Assembly: GCA_019894975.1 (NCBI GenBank)
Contig: JAGXNO010000009.1
Span: forward strand, 1-64,000
DNA length: 64,000 nt
Source: Promethearchaeota archaeon
Lineage (GTDB): Archaea > Asgardarchaeota > Lokiarchaeia > Sigyniarchaeales > SOKP01
Direction: 5' to 3'
Shown here one piece after another: positions 27,565-37,851 of the stretch. The position numbers were made by a program, and so were the translations under genes. The notes beneath the pieces were generated by a model that saw nothing but the letters and a program-made list of their open reading frames with translations, did no database searches and was not told the DNA's origin. Numbering within the stretch: the first letter of the stretch is position 1; each line of letters opens with the position of its first letter.

Positions 27565-28953
27565 TTATGGCATTTTAGGTTTTAAATATTGATTTATTGC
27601 TTTTGCGGCTATACGTCCAGCACCCATAGCACTTATAACGGTTGCCGAACCAGTTACAATATCTCCTCCCGCAAAAATTCCATCTATGTTAGTTTTGCCA
27701 TTTTCATCAGCTTTAATATAGCCCCACTTAGTTAAATTTAATTCTGGAATTGATTTTGTTAAAATAGGGTTTGCATTTGCCCCAATAGCTATAATAACAG
27801 TATCACATCTTATTAGATACTCTGAATTCTCAATTGGTATTGGCCTAGGTCTTCCAGAGTCATCAGGTTCACCTAACTGCATCTTAGCCACTTCAATTTG
27901 GTTAATATATCCATCAGGATCTCCTAAAAATCTTACGGGATTTGACAGAAATTGAAATTCAATTCCTTCTTCTATAGCATGATGATATTCTTCTTTTCTT
28001 GCAGGCATTTCTGTTTCAGTTCTTCTATAGACAATAATCACTTTTTCAGCACCAAGCCGTAATGCGACACGAGCGGAATCTAAAGCAGTATTTCCTCCCC
28101 CAATAACTGCTATAACTTTTCCTATTTTAATAGGCGTATCATATTCAGGAAATTTATATGCTTTCATCAAATTCGCTCTTGTTAAAAACTCATTCGCAGT
28201 TAGAACACCATTTAGATTCATTCCGGGAATTTTTCGCATTGAAGGCAATCCTGCACCTACTCCTATAAAAAATGCTTTATAATCCATATCTCTCAGTTCG
28301 TCTATCAGTAACGTCTTCCCAATGATCTTATTATACTCAAAATTTACCCCAAGCATTTTTAACGTCTCAATTTCATCCTCAACAATCTCTTTAGGAAGTC
28401 TAAATTCTGGTATCCCATAAACTAAAACACCACCTCCTTTATGAAATGCTTCAAAAACGGTCACATCATATCCATATCGGGCTAAATCCGCAGCACAAGT
28501 AAGTCCTGATGGACCTGAACCAATTACAGCTACTTTTATGTTATTTGGGGGTTCACAATCGGGACACTCCTTTAACTGATTTCTTCTTTCCCAATCTGCC
28601 ACATATCTCTCAAGGGCTCCAATTGCTACAGGTTCCCACCTTTTACTTAGAACGCACGCTTTTTCACACTGAAGTTCTTGAGGACAAACCCTTCCACAAA
28701 TCGCCGGTAAAATATTATATTCTTTTATACTCCGAATTGCTTCGATTAAATTATCTTCTTTGATTAATCTGATAAATTCAGGTATATCAATATTAACGGG
28801 GCACCCATCGATACATTTAGGTTCACCACACTGTAAACATCTTTCTGATTCTGTTTTAGCCATCTCTTCAGTAAAACCTAAGGCAACTTCAGAAAAATTA
28901 TGAGCTCTTTCAAAAGGATCTTGTTCTCTCATTTTTTGTCTTGGGATTTTCAC
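27565..28953 (-). CDS. nfnB: NfnB/SudA (GltD-like) subunit of electron-bifurcating NADH-dependent ferredoxin:NADP+ oxidoreductase
   Basis: RCLQC...CIDGCPV, CGRVCPQELQCE, GSGPSG, YGIPEFRLP and GGGNTALD. Directly downstream of an NfnA-like gene. Confidence 0.88.
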   Translation of the reverse strand: MKIPRQKMREQDPFERAHNFSEVALGFTEEMAKTESERCLQCGEPKCIDGCPVNIDIPEFIRLIKEDNLIEAIRSIKEYNILPAICGRVCPQELQCEKACVLSKRWEPVAIGALERYVADWERRNQLKECPDCEPPNNIKVAVIGSGPSGLTCAADLARYGYDVTVFEAFHKGGGVLVYGIPEFRLPKEIVEDEIETLKMLGVNFEYNKIIGKTLLIDELRDMDYKAFFIGVGAGLPSMRKIPGMNLNGVLTANEFLTRANLMKAYKFPEYDTPIKIGKVIAVIGGGNTALDSARVALRLGAEKVIIVYRRTETEMPARKEEYHHAIEEGIEFQFLSNPVRFLGDPDGYINQIEVAKMQLGEPDDSGRPRPIPIENSEYLIRCDTVIIAIGANANPILTKSIPELNLTKWGYIKADENGKTNIDGIFAGGDIVTGSATVISAMGAGRIAAKAINQYLKPKMP

Positions 28954-28968
28954 TCTTTAGCCCCCTTT

Positions 28969-29838
28969 TCATCTTGGTTTTAAATTCTTGCATTCTTCCT
29001 TGTAGAGATCATAGGATTTTTCTTCAAATTCGGCAAATCTTTTTTCTCTGTTTAACAGAATATCAAAATCTACAATATGACCATTAACATCAGGACCCTC
29101 AACACAAGCAAAATGAATTTGGCCATCTTTTGCAGGAAACCGACATCCGCCACACATTCCTGTACCATCTATCATTATAGTGTTTAAAGATACAAATGTT
29201 TCTACGCGAGGTAGATTTTCAGTCCCATCAGTTATGCTAACAACATTTTTCATCATTATCATAGGACCAATTGCTATAACCAAACTTATTTTTTCTTTGC
29301 TAATTATATCTTTTAATGGTTCAGTTACAAAACCCTTTATTCCTTCGCTACCATCGTTAGTTGATATAATTATTTTATCACTTATACCCGCCATTTTTTC
29401 TCGCCAAAAAATTAGGTCTTTTGTCCGAGCCCCTAATATTGAGATTATTTTATTCCCGACTTCTTTCAGTTCCTTCGCTTGCGGATAGCATGGTGCAATT
29501 CCAACACCGCCGCCAATTATGATTATTGGATGCTCATATTTTTTAATATGAATTCTATTTCCTAATGGTCCAACCACATCTAAGAGCTCATCACCTTCAT
29601 TTTGATGAGAAAGTAATAATGTTGACTTCCCGACAATCTGTACAACAATCGTGATTATACCAACTTCTCGATTATAATCTGCAATAGTTAACGGAATCCT
29701 TTCACCTGTTTCATTTATCCTAATCAAAATAAAATTCCCCGCAAACGCCTTTTTAGCTATCAATGGAGCATATATATCCATTTCAAATAATGTCCCACTG
29801 TTTCCAAGTTGAAGCTTTTTTATAATTTTATAGGGCAT
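28969..29838 (-). CDS. nfnA: NfnA/SudB (PyrK-like FAD/2Fe-2S) subunit
   Basis: GERIPLTIAD, GPLG, GGGVGIAP, and the Nfn-type Asp/Cys cluster motif MIDGTGMCGGCR...ACVEGP. Confidence 0.9.
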   Translation of the reverse strand: MPYKIIKKLQLGNSGTLFEMDIYAPLIAKKAFAGNFILIRINETGERIPLTIADYNREVGIITIVVQIVGKSTLLLSHQNEGDELLDVVGPLGNRIHIKKYEHPIIIIGGGVGIAPCYPQAKELKEVGNKIISILGARTKDLIFWREKMAGISDKIIISTNDGSEGIKGFVTEPLKDIISKEKISLVIAIGPMIMMKNVVSITDGTENLPRVETFVSLNTIMIDGTGMCGGCRFPAKDGQIHFACVEGPDVNGHIVDFDILLNREKRFAEFEEKSYDLYKEECKNLKPR

Positions 29839-29999
29839 AGCAGTTCATCGTAGTTTTAAAAATTTGTTTTAACACGTCTTATATAAAGTTTTGAATTAAA
29901 AAAAAGTCACTAGGTTAGTGAAAAAGTTAATTTTCTAAAATACCTTTTTAATATTAATTTTAATACATTTTCGATTTACTTGATATAATTTAATCAACT

Positions 30000-31559
30000 A
30001 TGGATATTATAATCGTACTAGATTTTGGTGGGCAATATACTCATTTAATTACTCGCCGAATTCGGGATTTAGGAGTATATTCTGAAATTTTACCTTTTGA
30101 TGTAGATCTTGAATATTTAAAAAAAAAGGAACCTAAAGCTATTATACTTTCAGGTGGTCCTGGTAGTGTTTATGAGCAAAAAGCCCCGAGATTAAAGAAA
30201 GGATTTCTTCAATATACTACTGAAAATAAAATTCCTGTTTTAGGAATTTGCTATGGTCATCATTTAATTATGCAAATGTCAGGAGGGAAAGTTGAATCTA
30301 AAGAAAAAAAGGAATACGGGAAAACGGATCTTACGATCATCGACCCAAACTTACTTTTCGATTCACTAGAGAAAGAACAAATAGTATGGATGTCTCATGG
30401 AGATCAGATCACCGAGATTGCTAAAGGATTTAAACCTCTTGCGAATACTGAAACATGTCAGGTTGCAGCTTTCGGAAATCAACAAAATTTATTATATGGG
30501 GTTCAGTTTCATCCAGAAGTTACAAATACTCCAAATGGTAATAAAGTACTAGAGAATTTCATATACAAAATTTGCGAATGTAAAAAAGAATGGAAATTAG
30601 AAGGGTGGATTGATAAACAAGTTGAAGAAATAAGAAAAGAGATTGGTACGGATAATCGAGTTGTTTTGGGATTAAGCGGTGGAGTCGATTCCTCTGTTAC
30701 TGCTGCTCTTCTCCATAAAGCAATAGGAGATAGATTACATTGTATATTTGTTAACAATGGGCTTTTAAGAAAGAATGAAGAAAATGAAGTTCAGGAAATG
30801 TTCAAGGAGAATTTGAAATATAGCAATTTTCATTATGTCAATGCTGAAGACCTATTTCTAAAAAGACTTTTGAATATTGAAGATCCAGAAGAAAAACGTC
30901 GCATTATAGGTCATACTTTTATAGAAGTATTTGAAAATAAAACAATTGAGTTAGAAAAGGAACATCCAGATATTAAGTACCTTGCACAAGGAACTATTTA
31001 TTCAGATCGCGTTGAAACAAGTGCTACAAGTAAAGTTTCAGCAAAAATTAAATCTCACCACAATCTTACTTTACCAGATGACATGAAATTAAAGATTATA
31101 GAACCTCTTAAGAATTTGTACAAAGATGAAGTTAGAAAAATTGGATTAGAATTAGGTCTACCAGATGACATTGTAAAAAGGCATCCATTTCCCGGGCCAG
31201 GACTAGCAGTCAGAATATTAGGCCCTATAGATAAAGAAAAATTAACGATTTTGAGAGATGCTGATGAGATTTTAATTAATGAGATTAAGAAAGCAAAAAT
31301 ATATGATCGTTTATGGATGGTTTTTTGTGTCTTTCTTCCCTTGAAAACAGTAGGAATAATGGGTGATTTTCGCACTTATGAGTATATATGTTCCATAAGA
31401 ATAGTGGAATCTACTGATGTTATGACTGCAAATTTTGCTAAATTAGATTGGGATTTGTTAGAGAGAATAAGCTCTAGGATCATTAATGAAGTTAAGGGTT
31501 TAAATCGTGTTGTTTACGATATAACTAATAAACCTCCGGGAACGATTGAGTATGAATAG
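30000..31559 (+). CDS. guaA: GMP synthase (glutamine-hydrolysing), fused GATase+ATPPase
   Basis: LDFGGQY, LGICYG, QFHPEV, LSGGVDSS, IKSHHN, RHPFPGPGLAVR and KPPGTIEYE. Confidence 0.96.
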   Translation: MDIIIVLDFGGQYTHLITRRIRDLGVYSEILPFDVDLEYLKKKEPKAIILSGGPGSVYEQKAPRLKKGFLQYTTENKIPVLGICYGHHLIMQMSGGKVESKEKKEYGKTDLTIIDPNLLFDSLEKEQIVWMSHGDQITEIAKGFKPLANTETCQVAAFGNQQNLLYGVQFHPEVTNTPNGNKVLENFIYKICECKKEWKLEGWIDKQVEEIRKEIGTDNRVVLGLSGGVDSSVTAALLHKAIGDRLHCIFVNNGLLRKNEENEVQEMFKENLKYSNFHYVNAEDLFLKRLLNIEDPEEKRRIIGHTFIEVFENKTIELEKEHPDIKYLAQGTIYSDRVETSATSKVSAKIKSHHNLTLPDDMKLKIIEPLKNLYKDEVRKIGLELGLPDDIVKRHPFPGPGLAVRILGPIDKEKLTILRDADEILINEIKKAKIYDRLWMVFCVFLPLKTVGIMGDFRTYEYICSIRIVESTDVMTANFAKLDWDLLERISSRIINEVKGLNRVVYDITNKPPGTIEYE

Positions 31560-31578
31560 TGTAATGAGTTTCTGAAAC

Positions 31579-32274
31579 TCAATCAATTATCCTTGATTTT
31601 TCTTGCCTATATGCCCCATATCCATGTATAAAAAGACATATTGCAAAAGTATATAATACAATTTTTTGACCTGTTACCTGAAACACCAATCCAAGTGAGG
31701 TTTCAATGCTAGGACCTAAGAATATTAATCCAAGATATATTGCTAGAATTATTGTAAAGAATAGAAAGTTAAAGGCATAGCGTTTTTCATATGAATTTTT
31801 ACGGAAAATTGCAAGGGAATAAAAAAATGAAACTATAAATCCTGAGACAAATCCCCCGTAAACAAAAAAAGAGTGTGCTTCTATGTGTATATCTGAAGGC
31901 GCAAAAGTTATACCTATAAAACAAAATGATGTAAATAAACCAAGAAGTGACCCAGAAGCACCGAATCCCCAATTGACAGATTTTTTACTAAAGAAAGATG
32001 GAAAAGCTAGAAACATCGGTATTAACATTATACCAACTAAAAAGAAAGCTAGACTAAAGAACACAAAAGAAATTATATTTGATTCTCCGGAATGTGAAAT
32101 TGTCCGCCCGATATCACTAAAAAAATTCATAAAAAAGGAATATCCTTCACTAGAGGGATTACTGTAGGTACCTCCAGTATAAAAAAGCATCCCAAAAAAA
32201 GTAAACAATATGAATAGAACACAACCTATCATATTTGTAATAAATGCCCAGATTTTCCAATTTTTAAAATTCAA
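31579..32274 (-). CDS. Membrane protein (DUF998/Frag1-like, about 6 TM)
   Basis: YTGG...GYSFFMNFFSDIG, H..F and QK pattern; GGAG SD before the TTG. Confidence 0.65.
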   Translation of the reverse strand: MNFKNWKIWAFITNMIGCVLFILFTFFGMLFYTGGTYSNPSSEGYSFFMNFFSDIGRTISHSGESNIISFVFFSLAFFLVGIMLIPMFLAFPSFFSKKSVNWGFGASGSLLGLFTSFCFIGITFAPSDIHIEAHSFFVYGGFVSGFIVSFFYSLAIFRKNSYEKRYAFNFLFFTIILAIYLGLIFLGPSIETSLGLVFQVTGQKIVLYTFAICLFIHGYGAYRQEKSRIID

Positions 32275-32406
32275 TTTTGCTTCTCCGTAATACCTAATTT
32301 AAACCATAATATTTTTAATATCTTTATAAAAATCATGGATTCAAGAATGAAAACAAAACTATGGTAAAGGTTTTTAAATTTTCCAATTTTAAACGTCTTG
32401 ATTATA

Positions 32407-34200
32407 ATGACTGAAAATGAAATCGCATGGGATTTGACTGAAATTTTCTCTGGTCATGATGACCCAAAAATAACAGAAAGGATGGATAATCTTTCCAAGA
32501 AAGCTATTGAATTTATAAATGATTATAAAGGGCAAATCAATTCATCAAAATTTACCGCTGAGAAGTTATTGGGTTTATTTAAAAAGCGAGAAGACTTCAG
32601 TGCTGAAATCGGTGAATTAAGTCTTTATAAGAACAGGTTATACAGTGCTAATATGACTATTTCAGAAAGTGAAGCTTTAAAGAATCGTATTGAAGATTTT
32701 AGTACTAAATTATCGAAAGATCTAGCATTTCTAGACTTAGATATTGCGAAATATGTAAATGATAATAAAAGCCTAATCAATGACCCAAATTTCTCTAATT
32801 ATAAACACATTTTGGAGAAGATCCAAAGAGCATATCCTCATAATTTATCTGAAATAGAGGAACAATTAATTTTAGAAAAAGATCAATATGGAGTCAGAGC
32901 ATGGAGTAATTTGCAATCTAAATGGTTGAATACAAGAAAAATAATTGTTATTGTTGAAGGTCAAGATCAGGAATTATCATATGGAGAAGCAAATGCTTTA
33001 CTCACTCATCCTGATCGTGATACCAGAATTTCGGCAAATAAATCAATATATGGACTGTTAGGAAAAGAAGAATGTGTCTTTTCTTCCTCTTTAAGAAGTG
33101 TTTGTGGAGATTGGGTAAACAATTCTAAAAGACGAAAATATGACAGCCCGATGCATGATAGTTTACTGGTAAATGATACAACTCAGGAAATAATCGATAA
33201 CTTAATGAATTCGATTGAAAATGGAGTTGGGGTATATCGTAAATATTTAGATATCAAAGCCAAAATTTTAAAGCTCCCCAAGTTGAATTGTGCTGATGTT
33301 AAAGCACCACTTCCTATAGCACCACATAAGAATTACTCATGGGAACAAGCTAAAGAGTTAGCAATCCAAGCTTACGATAAATTTGACCCAGAATTCAGTG
33401 ATATTGTAAAAGATATGTTTAATCGAAATCATATTGATGCAAGCCCTAGAGATGGTAAAAGAAATGGAGCAAATTGCGCAGCATGGTATAAAGGTAAATC
33501 TGCTTATATTCTTATGACCTATACTGGAGAATTAAATGAAATCTTTACCCTAATCCATGAACTAGGCCACGCGATACATGACTATTTAGCTATTGAAGCC
33601 CAAACTCACTCAAATTTTCATCCAGGATATACTGTTGCTGAAGTTGCATCCACCTTTGGGGAATTATTAGTAACTGATCTTCTCCTTGAAACGTCAGAAT
33701 CTAAAGAAGAGAAAATGGGGATTTTAGCTCACGTTTTAGATGATGCAGGACAAGCAGCTTTTCAAGTTAGCGCAAGAGTTTGGTTTGAACAAGATTTATA
33801 TAAAGCTATTGAAAACGGGGAAAACTTGGATGGTGAAACGATTTCTAAATATTGGTGTGCTGGTAGGGATAAAATGTATGGAGATTCAGTTGAATGGTTT
33901 GATGAAATGAATTGGGAGTGGACAATGAAACCTCATTATTATATTCCAAATTTTCGTTTCTATAATTATCCATATGTCTATGCTCAACTATTTGTATATG
34001 CTCTTTATCAAACATATAAAGAAGAAGGTAAAGATTTTGTTCCTAAATTTAAGAAGCTTCTTGCTGCTGGAGGTAGTGTTTCTCCAGAAGAACTCGGGAA
34101 TATTGTTGGATTAGATATTACAAAACAAGATTTCTGGGATTTAGGAATAAAACAATATGAAGATTTTACTAATCAATTAGAATCGCTTTCTAAAAAATAA
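32407..34200 (+). CDS. pepF: M3B oligoendopeptidase F
   Basis: WDLTEIF, HELGH zinc motif, AEVASTFGE and HYY..FYNYPY. Confidence 0.92.
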   Translation: MTENEIAWDLTEIFSGHDDPKITERMDNLSKKAIEFINDYKGQINSSKFTAEKLLGLFKKREDFSAEIGELSLYKNRLYSANMTISESEALKNRIEDFSTKLSKDLAFLDLDIAKYVNDNKSLINDPNFSNYKHILEKIQRAYPHNLSEIEEQLILEKDQYGVRAWSNLQSKWLNTRKIIVIVEGQDQELSYGEANALLTHPDRDTRISANKSIYGLLGKEECVFSSSLRSVCGDWVNNSKRRKYDSPMHDSLLVNDTTQEIIDNLMNSIENGVGVYRKYLDIKAKILKLPKLNCADVKAPLPIAPHKNYSWEQAKELAIQAYDKFDPEFSDIVKDMFNRNHIDASPRDGKRNGANCAAWYKGKSAYILMTYTGELNEIFTLIHELGHAIHDYLAIEAQTHSNFHPGYTVAEVASTFGELLVTDLLLETSESKEEKMGILAHVLDDAGQAAFQVSARVWFEQDLYKAIENGENLDGETISKYWCAGRDKMYGDSVEWFDEMNWEWTMKPHYYIPNFRFYNYPYVYAQLFVYALYQTYKEEGKDFVPKFKKLLAAGGSVSPEELGNIVGLDITKQDFWDLGIKQYEDFTNQLESLSKK

Positions 34201-34262
34201 CTAATTTTACTGGTTTTCAATAAATTTTGTTTTTTTATTTTATATAAAAGAGAAATAGGAAT

Positions 34263-35909
34263 TTAATAATTCCCGGAATAAATTTCGTTTTTAACTAGCT
34301 CAAAATCAATTGATTCCTGAGAACTGATACCAAGATTCCATTTTGAACAAACTTCTTGAGCTCTTTGAGATATGTAAGCAATGTCTTGACGATCAAGAAG
34401 GTCTAATTTGAATTTTCGTACTCCTGCAAGTAGCTGTTTTAATCCTGTTCCCAATTTGCTCGCAAAATAGGTATACACACCAACAGCTGATGGTGGGATA
34501 TACTTACCATTGTAGATTCGATGTAAATTATCATATTCAACAAATGATTCACGTATGGTCAGACTTTTTGGATCTTTATCCTTAGGAAATCCTAGATTTT
34601 TTAACATTGCCGGAGTTGCTTCCTTATTTTCTATAACTTCTCCAACATATTTTCCCTTCATAGCAGCGGTTATTGGTGCTCTTGCCATTGCTATACAGTT
34701 TACATATGGAGCACCCATTGCTAAAGCCTTGAACATTTGGGTCTCATTCGCTATACCTCCTGCTATTGCAATGCTAGGAATTTTTGTACTTGGACATTTC
34801 TTCTTGATCATATCAATACATCCAACTACTAACGCTTCTAAATAGACTGTTGGAATTGAACCTTCATTCATCATGCTTACTGGGCTCATCCCGGTACCAC
34901 CACCAGCACCATCAAAGGTCATTCCGTCTACTTTTCCTTCGATCCCTAATCTTGTAAGCCAAGCTGTTGCTGCTGGCCTATATGCTCCAGTTTTGATGAA
35001 AATATTTTTGGCTCCACTTGCCCGAGTTTTATCAATTTCCTCTAAAACATCTTCTGTAGAAGATAGCCCTACTCTACTATGTCTCTCAAAATCAGGGATC
35101 AATCCCGCCTTCCATTCATCAATGATAAAAGGATCTGATGGATCTGGGAACACTAAATACCCTCTTTTTTGTAATAATTGAGCACGCTCTAAAGATTCTA
35201 ATCTCACTTCTCCCCCTATAGCTTTTGCACCTTGACCAAATTTAATTTCAAGGGAATTAACTTCTAACTTAGACATGACATAGTCAAACACACCCAATCT
35301 TGTATCTTCAACATTTTTTTGAACAATAATATCACCATGCTTACCATCCCAAAACTCCCTAAATAATCTAACACGATTCTTCATATCTTCAGTGTCAATA
35401 ACTTGAGGAAAAACAGAATGATTAGCGAATTTCGAATTAGGATCCATTCCAACTACATTCTCGCCCACAGTAATACTGATACCTGATAGTGCCGCACCCA
35501 TGGCTAAGCCATCCCAATTTCTCTTTGCTACATTGGTGCTTCCTAATCCTGCAATTACAATTGGATATTTTTGATCGATATTTCCCCATTTAGTTCCGAT
35601 ATTAACATTTGGGAAAATAACTTTATCTTCGTGAGCTTCAATACCCTGAGCTCCCCGACATTCAAATTGGATCTGAAAATCGCTGTAAGAAAGCCCAAAA
35701 TCCTTTGGAGATCCTGCTGTAGAATTACCAAAATATTCTCTTCGCGGGTATAACACCTCACGACCTCTCAGTGCTGATTTTGAAACTTCACAAAAAACTG
35801 GACAATCAGCAACACATATCGGGCACAAACCAGATTCACAAGAATCCTCAACCCTTGTTCTCGACCCGATCATTGACATATTATGGGTGTCCATTGAAAA
35901 TTTTGTCAT
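34263..35909 (-). CDS. FMN-binding glutamate synthase family protein (stand-alone archaeal GltB2-like)
   Basis: CPICVADC, EIKFGQGAKAIGGE, IKTGAYRP, DGAGGGTG and KALAMGA. Confidence 0.88.
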   Translation of the reverse strand: MTKFSMDTHNMSMIGSRTRVEDSCESGLCPICVADCPVFCEVSKSALRGREVLYPRREYFGNSTAGSPKDFGLSYSDFQIQFECRGAQGIEAHEDKVIFPNVNIGTKWGNIDQKYPIVIAGLGSTNVAKRNWDGLAMGAALSGISITVGENVVGMDPNSKFANHSVFPQVIDTEDMKNRVRLFREFWDGKHGDIIVQKNVEDTRLGVFDYVMSKLEVNSLEIKFGQGAKAIGGEVRLESLERAQLLQKRGYLVFPDPSDPFIIDEWKAGLIPDFERHSRVGLSSTEDVLEEIDKTRASGAKNIFIKTGAYRPAATAWLTRLGIEGKVDGMTFDGAGGGTGMSPVSMMNEGSIPTVYLEALVVGCIDMIKKKCPSTKIPSIAIAGGIANETQMFKALAMGAPYVNCIAMARAPITAAMKGKYVGEVIENKEATPAMLKNLGFPKDKDPKSLTIRESFVEYDNLHRIYNGKYIPPSAVGVYTYFASKLGTGLKQLLAGVRKFKLDLLDRQDIAYISQRAQEVCSKWNLGISSQESIDFELVKNEIYSGNY

Positions 35910-35947
35910 ATTTTTCTCATCTTTTTATTATTTTGATTTTTAAATTT

Positions 35948-36472
35948 TTATTCAAACTTTAAAAGGTAATTCAATTTCCTTTCAGTATTTTGGACATTGT
36001 TAAATTTAATGGAGGAAAAAATATTCCATTCATAATTTTCTTTCTCGAGTTTTTCTCTATGGGGTGTATCTTTTATAATTGTCTCAACAGTATGTAAATC
36101 AGATGCCAATAACTCTATGCAAGCCATCACAGTATTACAATTCCATCTATACGTTCTTTGTACAGGTTCGAAAATCTTTCCAAATGGTACTGATGTGCCC
36201 TCACATGTATGGCATATAGTCCGACCATATGAATATTCTTCTCCACACTTAGGACATTCAATCAGCTTTAATCCCGGTTCATTACACTTACCTAAATTAC
36301 TCCCAAACGGTAAAGCATTCTGTTCTAAGAAATTATCACATCTCCATCTGTGATCATTTCTATCCTGAGAGTTTAATCCACTGCTAATAGCTTTTTCTTC
36401 ACAGCTACGGCAAATCTTCCTGTCGTGTAAGTATTCCTTTCCACAAAATTGACATTTTAATGACATTTTCAT
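35948..36472 (-). CDS. Protein with two tandem CxxC-x9-CxxC zinc ribbons, each followed by RWxC
   Basis: CQFCGKEY...CRSCE...RWRC and CPKCGEEY...CHTCE...RWNC. Confidence 0.7.
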   Translation of the reverse strand: MKMSLKCQFCGKEYLHDRKICRSCEEKAISSGLNSQDRNDHRWRCDNFLEQNALPFGSNLGKCNEPGLKLIECPKCGEEYSYGRTICHTCEGTSVPFGKIFEPVQRTYRWNCNTVMACIELLASDLHTVETIIKDTPHREKLEKENYEWNIFSSIKFNNVQNTERKLNYLLKFE

Positions 36473-36485
36473 TCACGCTCTTTTT

Positions 36486-36713
36486 TTAATTTTCTTCTCT
36501 TGCGACTTCATATAACCGGGGTCTTGTGTTATAATAGATTTGTAACTTGTCAGGCATAGTTTTTTTAATTCGTTTAATCACTGTCGTGACTCCATTACGA
36601 TTTTCTCCATAACCCATTGCCCTAGCCCATTCTGCTGCAGAACATCTTCCAATTTCTTTCAATTTTTCCAAGCAAATTTCTTCCCATGTTCGAAAATACT
36701 CTTGAACTGTTAT
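36486..36713 (-). CDS. Small winged-HTH-like protein, inferred ATA start (75 aa)
   Basis: Perfect AGGAGGT SD (36727-36721) 7 nt before ATA36713; TWEEICLEKLKEIGRCSAAEWARAMGY...RPRLYEV. Confidence 0.7.
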   Translation of the reverse strand: MTVQEYFRTWEEICLEKLKEIGRCSAAEWARAMGYGENRNGVTTVIKRIKKTMPDKLQIYYNTRPRLYEVAREEN

Positions 36714-36779
36714 TTTTAAAACCTCCTTTTAAAAAATTTTTTTTTTAAGCCTCTTATTTTATTCTATTTTTATATTGGT

Positions 36780-36793
36780 GGGAACTTCTTCCC
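36780..36793. promoter_or_regulatory. Palindrome GGGAA-N4-TTCCC upstream of the wHTH / Zn-ribbon / glutamate synthase operon
   Basis: GC-rich perfect inverted repeat inside an otherwise very AT-rich leader. Confidence 0.35.
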
Positions 36794-37181
36794 GTGTTTT
36801 TGTTATATTAAAATAGGGATATCAGATATTTAAACTTTCTTCTAGTTTTTTTTGATTTCTCTAAAAGAAATACGGAAAATATTGCGAATCATTGAACAGA
36901 TTATAGATATTTCAGAAGTCAATTGAAAACATTTTAGTTCAAATTTACTTCTATTTAAAATTTACTATGCCCCATTGAACAATTTTTACTAAAATTTCCT
37001 CATTTTCGACAAAAATTTTAATTTATTTGATTGAAAATTGAAGATGTTTTTGATATAAGTGTCATATATTGAATCACGTTCAGGTTTCTACTAATATTTT
37101 TTGCCAAAGAATGAACAAAACCTATAATTTAAACTCACTTTATTGAAAGAATTTTAAGTACTTTGAAGATATAAAATTTTA

Positions 37182-37676
37182 TTACTTATTTTTACCCTCT
37201 TCGTTTTCAATCAAGTCAACTAAAGAGCTATTATCTTTAATTATATTCAAAACGATATGAGTGTTAGTTCTTTCTACATAGGGTGAAGTATGAATATCTT
37301 TAATCATTTTACTCAGATTTTCTCTATTTTTAAATCTTGCTAAAATAAGTGCGTCGTAAGTTCCTGTAATATCATACACACCAAAAATATTAGGGATCTG
37401 AGCAATTTCATTTTCGACATCGAGCATTTTCCCTTTCGAAATTGTTAGTTCAATAATGGCGATGATATTATAACCTAATTTTTCATAATCAATTTGAACC
37501 CCATAATTCTTAATAACGTCATTTTCCTCTAATTTTTGAACATGTTTGATTATAGTATTTGGCGAACGATTTAATTCTTCAGCAATGCTACTTTTATTTT
37601 TACGTCCATCAAGGCTCAATGCTTTTAAAATTTCAATATCTAATTCTTCAATCTTGGTATCTTTTGTAGAATTCAT
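37182..37676 (-). CDS. Lrp/AsnC transcriptional regulator, divergent from glnA
   Basis: LDIEILKAL..DGR...IAEEL HTH, IDYEKLGY and YDITGTYD. Confidence 0.93.
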   Translation of the reverse strand: MNSTKDTKIEELDIEILKALSLDGRKNKSSIAEELNRSPNTIIKHVQKLEENDVIKNYGVQIDYEKLGYNIIAIIELTISKGKMLDVENEIAQIPNIFGVYDITGTYDALILARFKNRENLSKMIKDIHTSPYVERTNTHIVLNIIKDNSSLVDLIENEEGKNK

Positions 37677-37851
37677 CTAGTAATAATGTATTTTAATTAT
37701 TAATAAACATGACGGATTTTTTTCATTCCCCGACAAAAACAATTGCATTAATTTCAGAAATGTCCTCATTATCTGAAAAAGATCGAATGATTTTTAAGTA
37801 TAATTGCATTTATCTAGATTATAAAAACCACGAATAAAAAAAATACTAAAG

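Noticed and set aside
27565-28953. Calling this gene glutamate synthase small subunit (gltD)
   Set aside because: It is paired with an NfnA/SudB gene carrying the DGTGMCGGCR motif, so NfnAB is the better call.
36780-36793. NrpR operator
   Set aside because: The spacing is GGAA-N4-TTCC, not the established N6, and no nrpR is in the window. Kept only as a generic palindrome.
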